In this document: piece after piece, positions 1-11,800 of the stretch
Layout: each line of letters opens with the position of its first letter
Numbering within the stretch: position 1 is the first letter of the stretch
Source: Auanema rhodensis
Lineage: Eukaryota > Animalia > Nematoda
Reading direction: 5' to 3'
Length of the DNA: 64,000 nt
Assembly: GCA_964057225.1 (NCBI GenBank)
Contig: CAXKVF010000073.1
Location: 62,001 to 126,000 of the forward strand
The notes under the pieces: generated by a model
What the model saw: the letters and a program-made list of their open reading frames with translations, nothing else
Database searches by the model: none
Told to the model about the DNA's origin: nothing
Translations under genes and position numbers: made by a program

Positions 1-176
1 GTTCACGTAAATTTCAAAGTCATGGTTACCATGAACCAATATCAATAAAAATTTGTTTTTAGACTAATATGGACATGGGGAATCTAATTTTGAAAACCGC
101 ATCTCTTTATCTTTCACGTGAAGCGAGTTACATACCAAGTGCACATCACGTGTACATTTAATTAGCATAAATTAAA
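1..176 (+). repeat. Representative consensus monomer (A-type, ATGAACC at positions 31-37)
   Basis: Identical to many other units, e.g. those starting at 529, 881 and 58670. 56/176 G+C by manual count. Confidence 0.98.
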
Positions 177-1408
177 GTTCACGTAAATTTCAAAGTCATG
201 GTTACCATGCACCAATATCAATAAAAATTTGTTTTTAGACTAATATGGACATGGGGAATCTAATTTTGAAAACCGCATCTCTTTATCTTTCACGTGAAGC
301 GAGTTACATACCAAGTGCACATCACGTGTACATTTAATTAGCATAAATTAAAGTTCACGTAAATTTCAAAGTCATGGTTACCATGCACCAATATCAATAA
401 AAATTTGTTTTTAGACTAATATGGACATGGGGAATCTAATTTTGAAAACCGCATCTCTTTATCTTTCACGTGAAGCGAGTTACATACCAAGTGCACATCA
501 CGTGTACATTTAATTAGCATAAATTAAAGTTCACGTAAATTTCAAAGTCATGGTTACCATGAACCAATATCAATAAAAATTTGTTTTTAGACTAATATGG
601 ACATGGGGAATCTAATTTTGAAAACCGCATCTCTTTATCTTTCACGTGAAGCGAGTTACATACCAAGTGCACATCACGTGTACATTTAATTAGCATAAAT
701 TAAAGTTCACGTAAATTTCAAAGTCATGGTTACCATGCACCAATATCAATAAAAATTTGTTTTTAGACTAATATGGACATGGGGAATCTAATTTTGAAAA
801 CCGCATCTCTTTATCTTTCACGTGAAGCGAGTTACATACCAAGTGCACATCACGTGTACATTTAATTAGCATAAATTAAAGTTCACGTAAATTTCAAAGT
901 CATGGTTACCATGAACCAATATCAATAAAAATTTGTTTTTAGACTAATATGGACATGGGGAATCTAATTTTGAAAACCGCATCTCTTTATCTTTCACGTG
1001 AAGCGAGTTACATACCAAGTGCACATCACGTGTACATTTAATTAGCATAAATTAAAGTTCACGTAAATTTCAAAGTCATGGTTACCATGCACCAATATCA
1101 ATAAAAATTTGTTTTTAGACTAATATGGACATGGGGGATCTAATTTTGAAAACCGCATCTCTTTATCTTTCACGTGAAGCGAGTTACATACCAAGTGCAC
1201 ATCACGTGTACATTTAATTAGCATAAATTAAAGTTCACGTAAATTTCAAAGTCATGGTTACCATGAAGCAATATCAATAAAAATTTGTTTTCAGACTAAT
1301 ATGGACATGGGGAATCTAATTTTGAAAACCGCATCTCTTTATCTTTCACGTGAAGCGAGTTACATACCAAGTGCACATCACGTGTACATTTAATTAGCAT
1401 AAATTAAA

Positions 1409-1471
1409 GTTCACGTAAATTTCAAAGTCATGGTTACCATGCACCAATATCAATAAAAATTATAAATTAAA
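1409..1471 (+). repeat. Truncated 63-bp monomer (deletion of monomer positions 54-166, 113 bp)
   Basis: ...CAATAAAAATT|ATAAATTAAAGTTCACG at 1451-1478 joins monomer position 53 directly to position 167. Confidence 0.95.
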
Positions 1472-4464
1472 GTTCACGTAATTTTCAAAGTCATGGTTAC
1501 CATGAACCAATATCAATAAAAATTTGTTTTTAGACTAATATGGACATGGGGAATCTAATTTTGAAAACCGCATTTCTTTATCTTTCATGTGAAGCGAGTT
1601 ACATACCAAGTGCACATCACGTGTACATTTAATTAGCATAAATTAAAGTTCACGTAAATTTCAAAGTCATGGTTACCATGAACCAATATCAATAAAAATT
1701 TGTTTTTAGACTAATATGGACATGGGGAATCTAATTTTGAAAACCGCATCTCTTTATCTTTCACGTGAAGCGAGTTACATACCAAGTGCACATCACGTGT
1801 ACATTTAATTAGCATAAATTAAAGTTCACGTAAATTTCAAAGTCATGGTTACCATGCACCAATATCAATAAAAATTTGTTTTTAGACTAATATGGACATG
1901 GGGAATCTGATTTTGAAAACCGCATCTCTTCATCTTTCACGTGAAGCGAGTTACATACCAAGTGCACATCAAGTGTACATTTAATTAGCATAAATTAAAG
2001 TTCACGTAAATTTCAAAGTCATGGTTACCATGCACCAATATCAATAAAAATTTGTTTTTAGACTAATATGGACATGGGGAATCTAATTTTGAAAACCGCA
2101 TCTCTTTATCTTTCACGTGAAGCGAGTTACATACCAAGTGCACATCACGTGTACATTTAATTAGCATAAATTAAAGTTCACGTAAATTTCAAAGTCATGG
2201 TTACCATGCACCAATATCAATAAAAATTTGTTTTTAGACTAATATGGACATGGGGAATCTAATTTTGAAAACCGCATCTCTTTATCTTTCACGTGAAGCG
2301 AGTTACATACCAAGTGCACATCACGTGTACATTTAATTAGCATAAATTAAAGTTCACGTAAATTTCAAAGTCATGGTTACCATGAAGCAATATCAATAAA
2401 AATTTGTTTTTAGACTAATATGGACATGGGGAATCTAATTTTGAAAACCGCATCTCTTTATCTTTCACGTGAAGCGAGTTACATATCAAGTGCACATCAA
2501 GTGTACATTTAATTAGCATAAATTAAAGTTCACGTAAATTTCAAAGTCATGGTTACCATGCACCAATATCAATAAAAATTTGTTTTTAGACTAATATGGA
2601 CATGGGGAATCTAATTTTGAAAACCGCATCTCTTTATCTTTCACGTGAAGCGAGTTACATACCAAGTGCACATCACGTGTACATTTAATTAGCATAAATT
2701 AAAGTTCACGTAAATTTCAAAGTCATGGTTACCATGCACCAATATCAATAAAAATTTGTTTTTAGACTAATATGGACATGGGGAATCTAATTTTGAAAAC
2801 CGCATCTCTTTATCTTTCACGTGAAGCGAGTTACATACCAAGTGCACATCACGTGTACATTTAATTAGCATAAATTAAAGTTCACGTAAATTTCAAAGTC
2901 ATGGTTACCATGAACCAATATCAATAAAAATTTGTTTTTAGACTAATATGGACATGGGGAATCTAATTTTGAAAACCGCATCTCTTTATCTTTCACGTGA
3001 AGCGAGTTACATACCAAGTGCACATCACGTGTACATTTAATTAGCATAAATTTAAAGTTCACGTAAATTTCAAAGTCATGGTTACCATGCACCAATATCA
3101 ATAAAAATTTGTTTTTAGACTAATATGGACATGGGGAATCTAATTTTGAAAACCGCATCTCTTTATCTTTCACGTGAAGCGAGTTACATACCAAGTGCAC
3201 ATCACGTGTACATTTAATTAGCATAAATTAAAGTTCACGTAAATTTCAAAGTTATGGTTACCATGAACCAATATCAATAAAAATTTGTTTTTAGACTAAT
3301 ATGGACATGGGGAATCTAATTTTGAAAACCGCATCTCTTTATCTTTCACGTGAAGCGAGTTACATACCAAGTGCACATCACGTATACATTTAATTAGCAT
3401 AAATTAAAGTTCACGTAAATTTCAAAGTCATGGTTACCATGAACCAATATCAATAAAAATTTGTTTTTAGACTAATATGGACATGGGGAATCTAATTTTG
3501 AAAACCGCATCTCTTTATCTTTCACGTGAAGCGAGTTACATACCAAGTGCACATCACGTGTACATTTAATTAGCATAAATTAAAGTTCACGTAAATTTCA
3601 AAGTCATGGTTACCATGCACCAATATCAATAAAAATTTGTTTTTAGACTAATATGGACATGGGGAATCTAATTTTGAAAACCGCATCTCTTTATCTTTCA
3701 CGTGAAGCGAGTTACATACCAAGTGCACATCACGTGTACATTTAATTAGCATAAATTAAAGTTCACGTAAATTTCAAAGTCATGGTTACCATGCACCAAT
3801 ATCAATAAAAATTTGTTTTTAGACTAATATGGACATGGGGAATCTAATTTTGAAAACCGCATCTCTTTATCTTTCACGTGAAGCGAGTTACATACCAAGT
3901 GCACATCACGTGTACATTTAATTAGCATAAATTAAAGTTCACGTAAATTTCAAAGTCATGGTTACCATGCACCAATATCAATAAAAATTTGTTTTTAGAC
4001 TAATATGGACATGGGGAATCTAATTTTGAAAACCGCATCTCTTTATCTTTCACGTGAAGCGAGTTACATACCAAGTGCACATCACGTATACATTTAATTA
4101 GCATAAATTAAAGTTCACGTAAATTTCAAAGTCATGGTTACCATGAACCAATATCAATAAAAATTTGTTTTTAGACTAATATGGACATGGGGAATCTAAT
4201 TTTGAAAACCGCATCTCTTTATCTTTCACGTGAAGCGAGTTACATACCAAGTGCACATCACGTGTACATTTAATTAGCATAAATTAAAGTTCACGTAAAT
4301 TTCAAAGTCATGGTTACCATGAACCAATATCAATAAAAATTTGTTTTTAGACTAATATGGACATGGGGAATCTAATTTTGAAAACTGCATCTCTTCATCT
4401 TTCACGTGAAGCGAGTTACATACCAAGTGCACATCACGTGTACATTTAATTAGCATAAATTAAA

Positions 4465-5872
4465 GTTCACGTAAATTTCAAAGTCATGGTTACCATGCAC
4501 CAATATCAATAAAAATTTGTTTTTAGACTAATATGGACATGGGGAATCTAATTTTAAAAACCGCATCTCTTTATCTTTCACGTGAAGCGAGTTACATACC
4601 AAGTGCACATCACGTGTACATTTAATTAGCATAAATTAAAGTTCACGTAAATTTCAAAGTCATGGTTACCATGCACCAATATCAATAAAAATTTGTTTTT
4701 AGACTAATATGGACATGGGGAATCTAATTTTGAAAACCGCATCTCTTTATCTTTCACGTGAAGCGAGTTACATACCAAGTGCACATCACGTGTACATTTA
4801 ATTAGCATAAATTAAAGTTCACGTAAATTTCAAAGTTATGGTTACCATGAACCAATATCAATAAAAATTTGTTTTTAGACTAATATGGACATGGGGAATC
4901 TAATTTTGAAAACCGCATCTCTTTATCTTTCACGTGAAGCGAGTTACATACCAAGTGCACATCACGTATACATTTAATTAGCATAAATTAAAGTTCACGT
5001 AAATTTCAAAGTCATGGTTACCATGAACCAATATCAATAAAAATTTGTTTTTAGACTATTATGGACATGGGGAATCTAATTTTGAAAACCGCATCTCTTT
5101 ATCTTTCACGTGAAGCGAGTTACATACCAAGTGCACATCACGTGTACATTTAATTAGCATAAATTAAAGTTCACGTAAATTTCAAAGTCATGGTTACCAT
5201 GCACCAATATCAATAAAAATTTGTTTTTAGACTAATATGGACATGGGGAATCTAATTTTAAAAACCGCATCTCTTTATCTTTCACGTGAAGCGAGTTACA
5301 TACCAAGTGCACATCACGTGTACATTTAATTAGCATAAATTAAAGTTCACGTAAATTTCAAAGTCATGGTTACCATGCACCAATATCAATAAAAATTTGT
5401 TTTTAGACTAATATGGACATGGGGAATCTAATTTTGAAAACCGCATCTCTTTATCTTTCACGTGAAGCGAGTTACATACCAAGTGCACATCACGTGTACA
5501 TTTAATTAGCATAAATTAAAGTTCACGTAAATTTCAAAGTTATGGTTACCATGAACCAATATCAATAAAAATTTGTTTTTAGACTAATATGGACATGGGG
5601 AATCTAATTTTGAAAACCGCATCTCTTTATCTTTCACGTGAAGCGAGTTACATACCAAGTGCACATCACGTATACATTTAATTAGCATAAATTAAAGTTC
5701 ACGTAAATTTCAAAGTCATGGTTACCATGAACCAATATCAATAAAAATTTGTTTTTAGACTAATATGGACATGGGGAATCTAATTTTGAAAACCGCATCT
5801 CTTTATCTTTCACGTGAAGCGAGTTACATACCAAGTGCACATCACGTGTACATTTAATTAGCATAAATTAAA
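4465..5872 (+). repeat. 4-monomer (704 bp) tandem block duplication
   Basis: G92A at 4556 and 5260. GTTATGG plus CGTATAC in units 4817 and 5521. Type order C,C,A,A occurs twice. Confidence 0.85.
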
Positions 5873-8800
5873 GTTCACGTAAATTTCAAAGTCATGGTTA
5901 CCATGCACCAATATCAATAAAAATTTGTTTTTAGACTAATATGGACATGGGGAATCTAATTTTGAAAACCGCATCTCTTTATCTTTCACGTGAAGCGAGT
6001 TACATACCAAGTGCACATCACGTGTACATTTAATTAGCATAAATTAAAGTTCACGTAAATTTCAAAGTCATGGTTACCATGCACCAATATCAATAAAAAT
6101 TTGTTTTTAGACTATTATGGACATGGGGAATCTAATTTTGAAAACCGCATCTCTTTATCTTTCACGTGAAGCGAGTTACATACCAAGTGCACATCACGTG
6201 TACATTTAATTAGCATAAATTAAAGTTCACGTAAATTTCAAAGTCATGGTTACCATGCACCAATATCAATAAAAATTTGTTTTTAGACTAATATGGACAT
6301 GGGGAATCTAATTTTGAAAACCGCATCTCTTCATCTTTCACGTGAAGCGAGTTACATACCAAGTGCACATCACGTGTACATTTAATTAGCATAAATTAAA
6401 GTTCACGTAAATTTCAAAGTCATGGTTACCATGCACCAATATCAATAAAAATTTGTTTTTAGACTAATATGGACATGGGGAATCTAATTTTGAAAACCGC
6501 ATCTTTTTATCTTTCACGTGAAGCGAGTTACATACCAAGTGCACATCACGTGTACATTTAATTAGCATAAATTAAAGTTCACGTAAATTTCAAAGTCATG
6601 GTTACCATGAACCAATATCAATAAAAATTTGTTTAGACTAATATGGACATGGGGAATCTAATTTTGAAAACCGCATCTCTTTATCTTTCACGTGAAGCGA
6701 GTTACATACCAAGTGCACATCACGTGTACATTTAATTAGCATAAATTAAAGTTCACGTAAATTTCAAAGTCATGGTTACCATGCACCAATATCAATAAAA
6801 ATTTGTTTTTAGACTAATATGGACATGGGGAATCTAATTTTGAAAACCGCATCTCTTTATCTTTCACGTGAAGCGAGTTACATACCAAGTGCACATCACG
6901 TGTACATTTAATTAGCATAATTTAAAGTTCACGTAAATTTCAAAGTCATGGTTACCATGAACCAATATCAATAAAAATTTGTTTTTAGACTAATATGGAC
7001 ATGGGGAATCTAATTTTGAAAACTGCATCTCTTCATCTTTCACGTGAAGCGAGTTACATACCAAGTGCACATCACGTGTACATTTAATTAGCATAAATTA
7101 AAGTTCACGTAAATTTCAAAGTCATGGTTACCATGCACCAATATCAATAAAAATTTGTTTTTAGACTAATATGGACATGGGGAATCTAATTTTGAAAACC
7201 GCATCTCTTTATCTTTCACGTGAAGCGAGTTACATACCAAGTGCACATCACGTGTACATTTAATTAGCATAAATTAAAGTTCACGTAAATTTCAAAGTCA
7301 TGGTTACCATGAACCAATATCAATAAAAATTTGTTTTTAGACTAATATGGACATGGGGAATCTAATTTTGAAAACCGCATCTCTTTATCTTTCACGTGAA
7401 GCGAGTTACATACCAAGTGCACATCACGTGTACATTTAATTAGCATAAATTAAAGTTCACGTAAATTTCAAAGTCATGGTTACCATGAAGCAATATCAAT
7501 AAAAATTTGTTTTTAGACTAATATGGACATGGGGAATCTAATTTTGAAAACCGCATCTCTTTATCTTTCACGTGAAGCGAGTTACATACCAAGTGCACAT
7601 CACGTGTACATTTAATTAGCATAAATTAAAGTTCACGTAAATTTCAAAGTCATGGTTACCATGAACCAATATCAATAAAAATTTGTTTTTAGACTAATAT
7701 GGACATGGGGAATCTAATTTTGAAAACCGCATCTCTTTATCTTCCACGTGAAGCAAGTTACATACCAAGTGCACATCACGTGTACATTTAATTAGCATAA
7801 ATTAAAGTTCACGTAAATTTCAAAGTCATGGTTACCATGCACCAATATCAATAAAAATTTGTTTTTAGACTAATATGGACATGGGGAATCTAATTTTGAA
7901 AACCGCATCTCTTTATCTTTCACGTGAAGCGAGTTACATACCAAGTGCACATCACGTGTACATTTAATTAGCATAAATTAAAGTTCACGTAAATTTCAAA
8001 GTCATGGTTACCATGAACCAATATCAATAAAAATTTGTTTTTAGACTAATATGGACATGGGGAATCTAATTTTGAAAACCGCATCTCTTTATCTTTCACG
8101 TGAAGCGAGTTACATACCAAGTGCACATCACGTGTACATTTAATTAGCATAAATTAAAGTTCACGTAAATTTCAAAGTCATGGTTACCATGCACCAATAT
8201 CAATAAAAATTTGTTTTTAGACTAATATGGACATGGGGAATCTAATTTTGAAAACCGCATTTCTTTATCTTTCACGTGAAGCGAGTTACATACCAAGTGC
8301 ACATCACGTGTACATTTAATTAGCATAAATTAAAGTTCACGTAAATTTCAAAGTCATGGTTACCATGAACCAATATCAATAAAAATTTGTTTTTAGACTA
8401 ATATGGACATGGGGAATCTAATTTTGAAAACCGCATCTCTTTATCTTTCACGTGAAGCGAGTTACATACCAAGTGCACATCACGTGTACATTTAATTAGC
8501 ATAAATTAAAGTTCACGTAAATTTCAAAGTCATGGTTACCATGAACCAATATCAATAAAAATTTGTTTTTAGACTAATATGGACATGGGGAATCTAATTT
8601 TGAAAACCGCATCTCTTTATCTTTCACGTGAAGCGAGTTACATACCAAGTGCACATCACGTGTACATTTAATTAGCATAAATTAAAGTTCACGTAAATTT
8701 CAAAGTCATGGTTACCATGCACCAATATCAATAAAAATTTGTTTTTAGACTAATATGGACATGGGGAATCTAATTTTGAAAACCGCATCTCTTTATCTTT

Positions 8801-11800
8801 CACGTGAAGCGAGTTACATACCAAGTGCACATCACGTGTACATTTAATTAGCATAAATTAAAGTTCACGTAAATTTCAAAGTCATGGTTACCATGAACCA
8901 ATATCAATAAAAATTTGTTTTTAGACTAATATGGACATGGGGAATCTAATTTTGAAAACCGCATCTCTTTATCTTTCACGTGAAGCGAGTTACATACCAA
9001 GTGCACATCACGTATACATTTAATTAGCATAAATTAAAGTTCACGTAAATTTCAAAGTCATGGTTACCATGAACCAATATCAATAAAAATTTGTTTTTAG
9101 ACTAATATGGACATGGGGAATCTAATTTTGAAAACCGCATCTCTTTATCTTTCACGTGAAGCGAGTTACATACCAAGTGCACATCACGTGTACATTTAAT
9201 TAGCATAAATTAAAGTTCACGTAAATTTCAAAGTCATGGTTACCATGAACCAATATCAATAAAAATTTGTTTTTAGACTAATATGGACATGGGGAATCTA
9301 ATTTTGAAAACTGCATCTCTTCATCTTTCACGTGAAGCGAGTTACATACCAAGTGCACATCACGTGTACATTTAATTAGCATAAATTAAAGTTCACGTAA
9401 ATTTCAAAGTCATGGTTACCATGCACCAATATCAATAAAAATTTGTTTTTAGACTAATATGGACATGGGGAATCTAATTTTAAAAACCGCATCTCTTTAT
9501 CTTTCACGTGAAGCGAGTTACATACCAAGTGCACATCACGTGTACATTTAATTAGCATAAATTAAAGTTCACGTAAATTTCAAAGTCATGGTTACCATGA
9601 ACCAATATCAATAAAAATTTGTTTTTAGACTAATATAGACATGGGGAATCTAATTTTGAAAACCGCATCTCTTTATCTTTCACGTGAAGCGAGTTACATA
9701 CCAAGTGCACATCACGTATACATTTAATTAGAATAAATTAAAGTTCACGTAAATTTCAAAGTCATGGTTACCATGAACCAATATCAATAAAAATTTGTTT
9801 TTAGACTAATATGGACATGGGGAATCCAATTTTGAAAACTGCATCTCTTCATCTTTCACGTGAAGCGAGTTACATACCAAGTGCACATCACGTGTACATT
9901 TAATTAGCATAAATTAAAGTTCACGTAAATTTCAAAGTCATGGTTACCATGCACCAATATCAATAAAAATTTGTTTTTAGACTAATATGGACATGGGGAA
10001 TCTAATTTTGAAAACCGCATCTCTTCATCTTTCACGTGAAGCGAGTTACATACCAAGTGCACATCACGTGTACATTTAATTAGCATAAATTAAAGTTCAC
10101 GTAAATTTCAAAGTCATGGTTACCATGAACCAATATCAATAAAAATTTGTTTTTAGACTAATATGGACATGGGGAATCTAATTTTGAAAACCGCATCTCT
10201 TTATCTTTCACGTGAAGCGAGTTACATACCAAGTGCACATCACGTGTACATTTAATTTGCATAAATTAAAGTTCACGTAAATTTCAAAGTCATGGTTACC
10301 ATGAAGCAATATCAATAAAAATTTGTTTTTAGACTAATATGGACATGGGGAATCTAATTTTGAAAACCGCATCTCTTTATCTTTCACGTGAAGCGAGTTA
10401 CATACCAAGTGCACATCACGTGTACATTTAATTAGCATAAATTAAAGTTCACGTAAATTTCAAAGTCATGGTTACCATGAACCAATATCAATAAAAATTT
10501 GTTTTTAGACTAATATGGACATGGGGAATCTAATTTTGAAAACCGCATCTCTTTATCTTTCACGTGAAGCGAGTTACATACCAAGTGCACATCACGTGTA
10601 CATTTAATTAGCATAAATTAAAGTTCACGTAAATTTCAAAGTCATGGTTACCATGAACCAATATCAATAAAAATTTGTTTTTAGACTAATATGGACATGG
10701 GGAATCTAATTTTGAAAACCGCATCTCTTTATCTTCCACGTGAAGCGAGTTACATACCAAGTGCACATCACGTGTACATTTAATTAGCATAAATTAAAGT
10801 TCACGTAAATTTCAAAGTCATGGTTACCATGCACCAATATCAATAAAAATTTGTTTTTAGACTAATATGGACATGGGGAATCTAATTTTGAAAACCGCAT
10901 CTCTTTATCTTTCACGTGAAGCGAGTTACATACCAAGTGCACATCACGTGTACATTTAATTAGCATAAATTAAAGTTCACGTAAATTTCAAAGTCATGGT
11001 TACCATGAACCAATATCAATAAAAATTTGTTTTTAGACTAATATGGACATGGGGAATCTAATTTTGAAAACCGCATCTCTTTATCTTTCACGTGAAGCGA
11101 GTTACATACCAAGTGCACATCACGTGTACATTTAATTAGCATAAATTAAAGTTCACGTAAATTTCAAAGTCATGGTTACCATGCACCAATATCAATAAAA
11201 ATTTGTTTTTAGACTAATATGGACATGGGGAATCTAATTTTGAAAACCGCATCTCTTTATCTTTCACGTGAAGCGAGTTACATACTAAGTGCACATCACG
11301 TGTACATTTAATTAGCATAAATTAAAGTTCACGTAAATTTCAAAGTCATGGTTACCATGAACCAATATCAATAAAAATTTGTTTTTAGACTAATATGGAC
11401 ATGGGGAATCTAATTTTGAAAACCGCATCTCTTTATCTTTCACGTGAAGCGAGTTACATACCAAGTGCACATCACGTGTACATTTAATTAGCATAAATTA
11501 AAGTTCACGTAAATTTCAAAGTCATGGTTACCATGAACCAATATCAATAAAAATTTGTTTTTAGACTAATATGGACATGGGGAATCTAATTTTGAAAACC
11601 GCATCTCTTTATCTTTCACGTGAAGCGAGTTACATACCAAGTGCACATCACGTGTACATTTAATTAGCATAAATTAAAGTTCACGTAAATTTCAAAGTCA
11701 TGGTTACCATGCACCAATATCAATAAAAATTTGTTTTTAGACTAATATGGACATGGGGAATCTAATTTTGAAAACCGCATCTCTTTATCTTTCACGTGAA

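Noticed and set aside
44-168. AATAAA poly(A) signal (44-49) and octamer-like ATTAGCAT (161-168; perfect ATTTGCAT in two units near 10258 and 13954)
   Set aside because: Short AT-rich motifs are expected by chance at this composition, and there is no transcription-unit context.
1-176. CENP-B box
   Set aside because: No match to NTTCGNNNNANNCGGGN on either strand of the consensus.
1-176. Identity with known 171-178 bp satellites (Brassica CentBr, Apis AluI, Arabidopsis CEN178, alpha satellite)
   Set aside because: Only the length is similar. The consensus has no AGCT/AAGCTT site and I recognise no sequence similarity. A BLAST search is needed.
1-176. 5S rDNA, tRNA, snRNA or spliced-leader tandem gene array
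   Set aside because: No recognisable 5S or tRNA sequence, cloverleaf or Pol III A/B/C boxes. An Rfam/Infernal scan would be decisive.
145-250. Resemblance to a budding-yeast point centromere (ATCACGTG, 77 bp, then TGTTTTT)
   Set aside because: The spacer is only ~77% AT (CDEII is over 90%), the essential CDEIII TTCCGAA core is absent, and point centromeres are not tandemly arrayed. Probably coincidence.
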